Positions 28,858 to 32,000 of a stretch of 32,000 bases of DNA are shown one piece after another. The notes beneath the pieces are model-generated. The model saw only the letters and a program-made list of their open reading frames with translations, was not told the DNA's origin and ran no database searches. Location: positions 1,290,001 through 1,322,000 of the forward strand of contig NC_013849.1 of assembly GCF_000025505.1 (NCBI RefSeq), in the 5' to 3' direction. Within the stretch, counting starts at the first letter, position 1, and every line of letters starts with the position of its first letter. This DNA comes from Ferroglobus placidus DSM 10642. GTDB lineage: Archaea > Halobacteriota > Archaeoglobi > Archaeoglobales > Archaeoglobaceae. Position numbers and translations under genes: made by a program.

Positions 28858-30220
28858 CTCGATGAAAAGAGGATTGAAAGTCGTGAAGTATCCCGCCTTC
28901 TTCTTGGGAGGTGATTTAACGAGCTCGATGAAAAGAGGATTGAAAGACATACTCACCACCTCTCACATTCGTGGAGACAATAACCCACTCGATGAAAAGA
29001 GGATTGAAAGCCAATTGGAAATTTCGTTGAAAGTTCGAAAAAGTTTTTACTCGATGAAAAGAGGATTGAAAGTCGCAACCTTGTTCGGTCTGTATCTAAT
29101 CACCCTACCAATCTCGATGAAAAGAGGATTGAAAGGATTATGGCTTCAGATGGGTTTGGAACTACTTTAAGAGTGCTCGATGAAAAGAGGATTGAAAGAA
29201 GCCATAGTATTCAAGCAGGTAACCATGCCTTCCTACCTCGATGAAAAGAGGATTGAAAGTCTTATTTCCCTCCTGTAAACCTCTTCAAAACCTCGTCTGC
29301 TCGATGAAAAGAGGATTGAAAGGCGATTTGGCTACTTTCTTGTAGCCTATCAGCTCGTGAGCTCGATGAAAAGAGGATTGAAAGACCTGATCGTCCGTAC
29401 CATCACAAACGTAATCTCCTGACTTACTCGATGAAAAGAGGATTGAAAGTAGAGATACACTGTTCTCCTTCTTACCCTCTTAACCTTAGGCTCGATGAAA
29501 AGAGGATTGAAAGGTCTATTGTGTCTTTGTTGGTTATCTTCTTGAAGTCTTCCAACTCGATGAAAAGAGGATTGAAAGATATTATCCCTCCAGTGCAGCT
29601 TTTCTTTTTAGATAGTAGGGACTCGATGAAAAGAGGATTGAAAGTTGTCTGTTCCAAATGGAACTTCCAGATCGTCGGCAAAATCTCGATGAAAAGAGGA
29701 TTGAAAGAAGAGAGAGTCTAATCTATGCAGTTATTGTGAATTTATACCTCGATGAAAAGAGGATTGAAAGATCGTAGGGACAGAACCGGGTAGCTTTCGA
29801 AATACTTGGTTGCTCGATGAAAAGAGGATTGAAAGAGAACAGTTGCTGCTGCCGGCTTCTTTTGAGGTAAGAATGGGCTCGATGAAAAGAGGATTGAAAG
29901 TTGGAGGCTTACCGATGCTGTTGGAGCTTTACATAACAGTGTCTCGATGAAAAGAGGATTGAAAGACCTTTTTAAATTCTCTATCCACGTTTGTACTGTA
30001 GGAAACTCGATGAAAAGAGGATTGAAAGTGTTGTAGGCTTCGTTAGGCGTTCTTGCCCTAATTTTGGCCTCGATGAAAAGAGGATTGAAAGCTCATCGCC
30101 CATCCACCTCCTCATAACCAACTCCGCAATTCCTCGATGAAAAGAGGATTGAAAGCTTCGTGTCCAAGTTGTAGAGCCACAACGCTATCCTGTACCTCTC
30201 GATGAAAAGAGGATTGAAAG
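28858..30220 (+). CRISPR. CRISPR array: 22 identical 23-nt repeats CTCGATGAAAAGAGGATTGAAAG, 21 unique spacers of 38-43 nt
   Basis: Repeat starts: 28858, 28924, 28988, 29050, 29113, 29176, 29237, 29300, 29362, 29427, 29491, 29556, 29622, 29685, 29748, 29813, 29878, 29943, 30006, 30069, 30133, 30198. No mismatch seen in any repeat. Confidence 0.99.
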
Positions 30221-30493
30221 TCAAATTCGCTCGAGCAAGTCTCCTATGACAACTCCGATGAGGAAAATAACTGCAAAGTACAGTATCACAAAAAGAATCG
30301 CAAAAAAGCCGACTCCAGCCAGAAATAGGACTGCCGGGTGAGGGAAGATTAGAAAAGATGCTATCGCCAAAATTATTCCGAGTATTATCGAAAATTTTAA
30401 CGCCGCTTTCAAAATACCGAGCAGATCCTCTTTCCCTTTTCTCGAATAACCGTAAATTACGCCGAGGAGGAAGGTTAAAAGTTCCAGAATCAT
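30221..30493 (-). CDS. Small multi-pass membrane protein of unknown function
   Basis: 90 aa with several hydrophobic segments (LLTFLLGVIYGY, FSIILGIILAIASFLIF, VLFLAGVGFFAILFVILYFAVIFLIGVVIG). Followed closely by the KaiC-like gene on the same strand. Confidence 0.65.
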   Translation of the reverse strand: MILELLTFLLGVIYGYSRKGKEDLLGILKAALKFSIILGIILAIASFLIFPHPAVLFLAGVGFFAILFVILYFAVIFLIGVVIGDLLERI

Positions 30494-30494
30494 T

Positions 30495-31241
30495 TTAGAA
30501 TCCCGCGTAAACTTCTTCCCTCGAATGAACGACTATTCCTTCGTCGGTTATGTCGTAGGGGTGAATCTTCTTGCTGTGGTTCGTTCCTCTTAACTTGTAG
30601 ATTTCCAAGCTCCTGATTCTAACGTTCTCGCTTCTCGTGTAGTAGAGAACTATCGTTCCCTCCGTAACGAAGTTCTCAACGCCGAATCTACTTATAGCTC
30701 CTGATTCGATCACTTCAGCCGTTAAAATCGAAGTCAAACCGAGAACTTCGAGTGTCGTGCTGATTTTGAGAAGTTCTACTCTGAATTTCGCGGGATCGTT
30801 TATTGCAAATCCGATGGCTGTTGTCGAATCTAAGGCAGCTCTTCTCGCTCCGATTTCGTCCTGAATCGTGATTATCTGATCTATCAAACTCCTCGTGTCG
30901 AAGGGTCTTACGTCTATGTACTTCTCATCGCTCGGCAAACCTATCTTCGTTGATGTAGCGTCGACTATTGCGAGCATGTTTTCGTCTTCGAGCTTTTCCA
31001 AATCCCATCCGAACACTGCAAAGTGCTCTCTCAAGTGCTGCGGTCTTTCTTCGGTTGCAATGAATATCCCGGGCTCGTTGTAAAGAGTGGCGCCGTTTAC
31101 CAAGAATTGCATCGCAAATATCGTCTTTCCCGAGCCTGAAGGTCCGGCTATTAGCACGGTTCGATCTCTTACCAGCCCTCCCTCGCAGAGTTCGTCAAAG
31201 CCCGGAATACCGGTCGGACACCTCTCAAGTTTGATTTTCAT
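30495..31241 (-). CDS. Single-domain KaiC/RecA-superfamily ATPase
   Basis: RCPTGIPGFDELCEGGLVRDRTVLIAGPSGSGKTIFAMQFLVNGA, FIATEERP, RRAALDSTTAIG. Start at MKIKLERCPTG. Confidence 0.9.
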   Translation of the reverse strand: MKIKLERCPTGIPGFDELCEGGLVRDRTVLIAGPSGSGKTIFAMQFLVNGATLYNEPGIFIATEERPQHLREHFAVFGWDLEKLEDENMLAIVDATSTKIGLPSDEKYIDVRPFDTRSLIDQIITIQDEIGARRAALDSTTAIGFAINDPAKFRVELLKISTTLEVLGLTSILTAEVIESGAISRFGVENFVTEGTIVLYYTRSENVRIRSLEIYKLRGTNHSKKIHPYDITDEGIVVHSREEVYAGF

Positions 31242-31282
31242 ACAGCTGATGATTATCATACTACTATAAAAAGTTAACCTCA

Positions 31283-31293
31283 AAGCTTAAATT
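31283..31293 (+). promoter_or_regulatory. Possible TATA-like element for the FBP aldolase/phosphatase gene
   Basis: CAAAGCTTAAATTA about 25-30 nt upstream of the ATG at 31316. Confidence 0.35.
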
Positions 31294-31315
31294 AAATGAG
31301 GATTTATCATAATAC

Positions 31316-32000
31316 ATGAGTAAAATAACCGTCAGCCTGATAAAAGCAGATGTCGGCAGCGTAGCCGGACACACGACTGTTGCTGACGAACTTATTAAAA
31401 TTGCGGAAAACAACCTTTCTGAGGCAAAAGAAAGCGGATTGATAATTGATTTCAGGGTTTTCAAAGCCGGAGACGATTTGGAGCTTTTGATGACCCACAC
31501 GAAGGGCGTGGATAATGAAGAGATCCACAGGCTCGCTTGGGAAACCTTTGAAAAAGCGGCTGAAAAAGCAAAAGAACTAAAGCTTTACGGGGCTGGACAA
31601 GATCTTCTAGCAGACGCATTTAGCGGAAACGTGAGGGGAATGGGTCCCGGAGTGGCGGAAATGGAGTTTACGGAGAGAAAGGCTGAGCCGCTCATAGCGT
31701 TCATGATGGACAAGACTGAGCCGGGAGCGTTCAACCTTCCGATCTTCAGGATTTTCGCAGATCCCTTCAACACCGCTGGATTGGTGATCGATCCGAGCAT
31801 GCATCAGGGCTTCGTCTTCGAAATCTGGGACATAATGGAGCACAAAAGAGTGTTCATGAAAGCTCCGGAAGAGATGTACGACATCCTCGCTTTAATCGGA
31901 GCTAAGAGCAGGTTCGTTATTAAAAGAGTTTATCCCAAGCCCGGCGGAAAACTTCCGGAAGACGAGCCTGTTGCTGTGGTAAGCACGGAGAAGCTTTATC
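31316..32000 (+). CDS. fbp: Fructose 1,6-bisphosphate aldolase/phosphatase (truncated by window edge)
   Basis: MSKITVSLIKADVGSVAGHTTVADEL, DLELLMTHTKGVDNEEIH, AYGAGQDL-like LYGAGQDLLADAFSGNVRGMGPG, FMMDKTEPGAFNLPIFRIFADPFNTAGLVIDP. Confidence 0.95.
   Translation, partial: MSKITVSLIKADVGSVAGHTTVADELIKIAENNLSEAKESGLIIDFRVFKAGDDLELLMTHTKGVDNEEIHRLAWETFEKAAEKAKELKLYGAGQDLLADAFSGNVRGMGPGVAEMEFTERKAEPLIAFMMDKTEPGAFNLPIFRIFADPFNTAGLVIDPSMHQGFVFEIWDIMEHKRVFMKAPEEMYDILALIGAKSRFVIKRVYPKPGGKLPEDEPVAVVSTEKLY

Noticed and set aside
28862-29721. ORFs on both strands inside the CRISPR array (repeated MKRGLK and NPLFIE-like peptides)
   Set aside because: The peptides are translations of the 23-nt repeat; they follow array periodicity and are not genes.
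30495-31241. KaiC-like ATPase next to the array as a possible Cas or defence component
   Set aside because: Single-domain KaiC-like ATPases are common in archaea; it is separated from the array by the membrane protein gene and has no Cas-like motif.
1-32000. tRNA, rRNA or cas genes in the window
   Set aside because: None seen on reading the intergenic regions and the ORF track; a tRNAscan-SE/Infernal and Cas HMM search would be needed to be certain.

Overview
32 kb of archaeal chromosome. Gene content, TATA/BRE-like promoters, form III RuBisCO, FBP aldolase/phosphatase and phosphopantoate ligase suggest an Archaeoglobales relative (inference, no database check). Most of the window is dense housekeeping sequence: gltX 5' end, GGPP synthase, type 2 IPP isomerase, TatD-like hydrolase, hemerythrin-like protein, form III RuBisCO, DUF169, purS-purL-purQ, acyl-CoA dehydrogenase, CoA-disulfide reductase/NADH oxidase, family 4 UDG, acyP-hisF, RidA, MazG-like, a nicotinate phosphoribosyltransferase-like gene, coiled-coil ORF-smc-scpA-scpB, a phosphopantoate ligase-hisD-aspS operon, a P2-like P-type ATPase, a KaiC-like ATPase and the start of an FBP aldolase/phosphatase. 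The accessory content is: (1) a CRISPR array of 22 identical 23-nt repeats and 21 spacers at 28858-30220, with a likely leader and promoter on its left, no cas genes in the window, and a last repeat that abuts the stop codon of a small membrane protein gene; (2) a structurally complete IS1-family element (13703-14460) with imperfect terminal inverted repeats, a perfect 8-bp target duplication and a two-ORF transposase whose ORFs are offset by +1/-2 at an A7 run; (3) a CARF-like/winged-helix regulator gene whose start codon is about 35 bp from that element. I found no clearly new multi-gene defence system. The best leads are the short-repeat array and its junctions, the IS1/CARF-wHTH junction, the coiled-coil ORF coupled to smc, and a P-type ATPase with altered cation-site residues.
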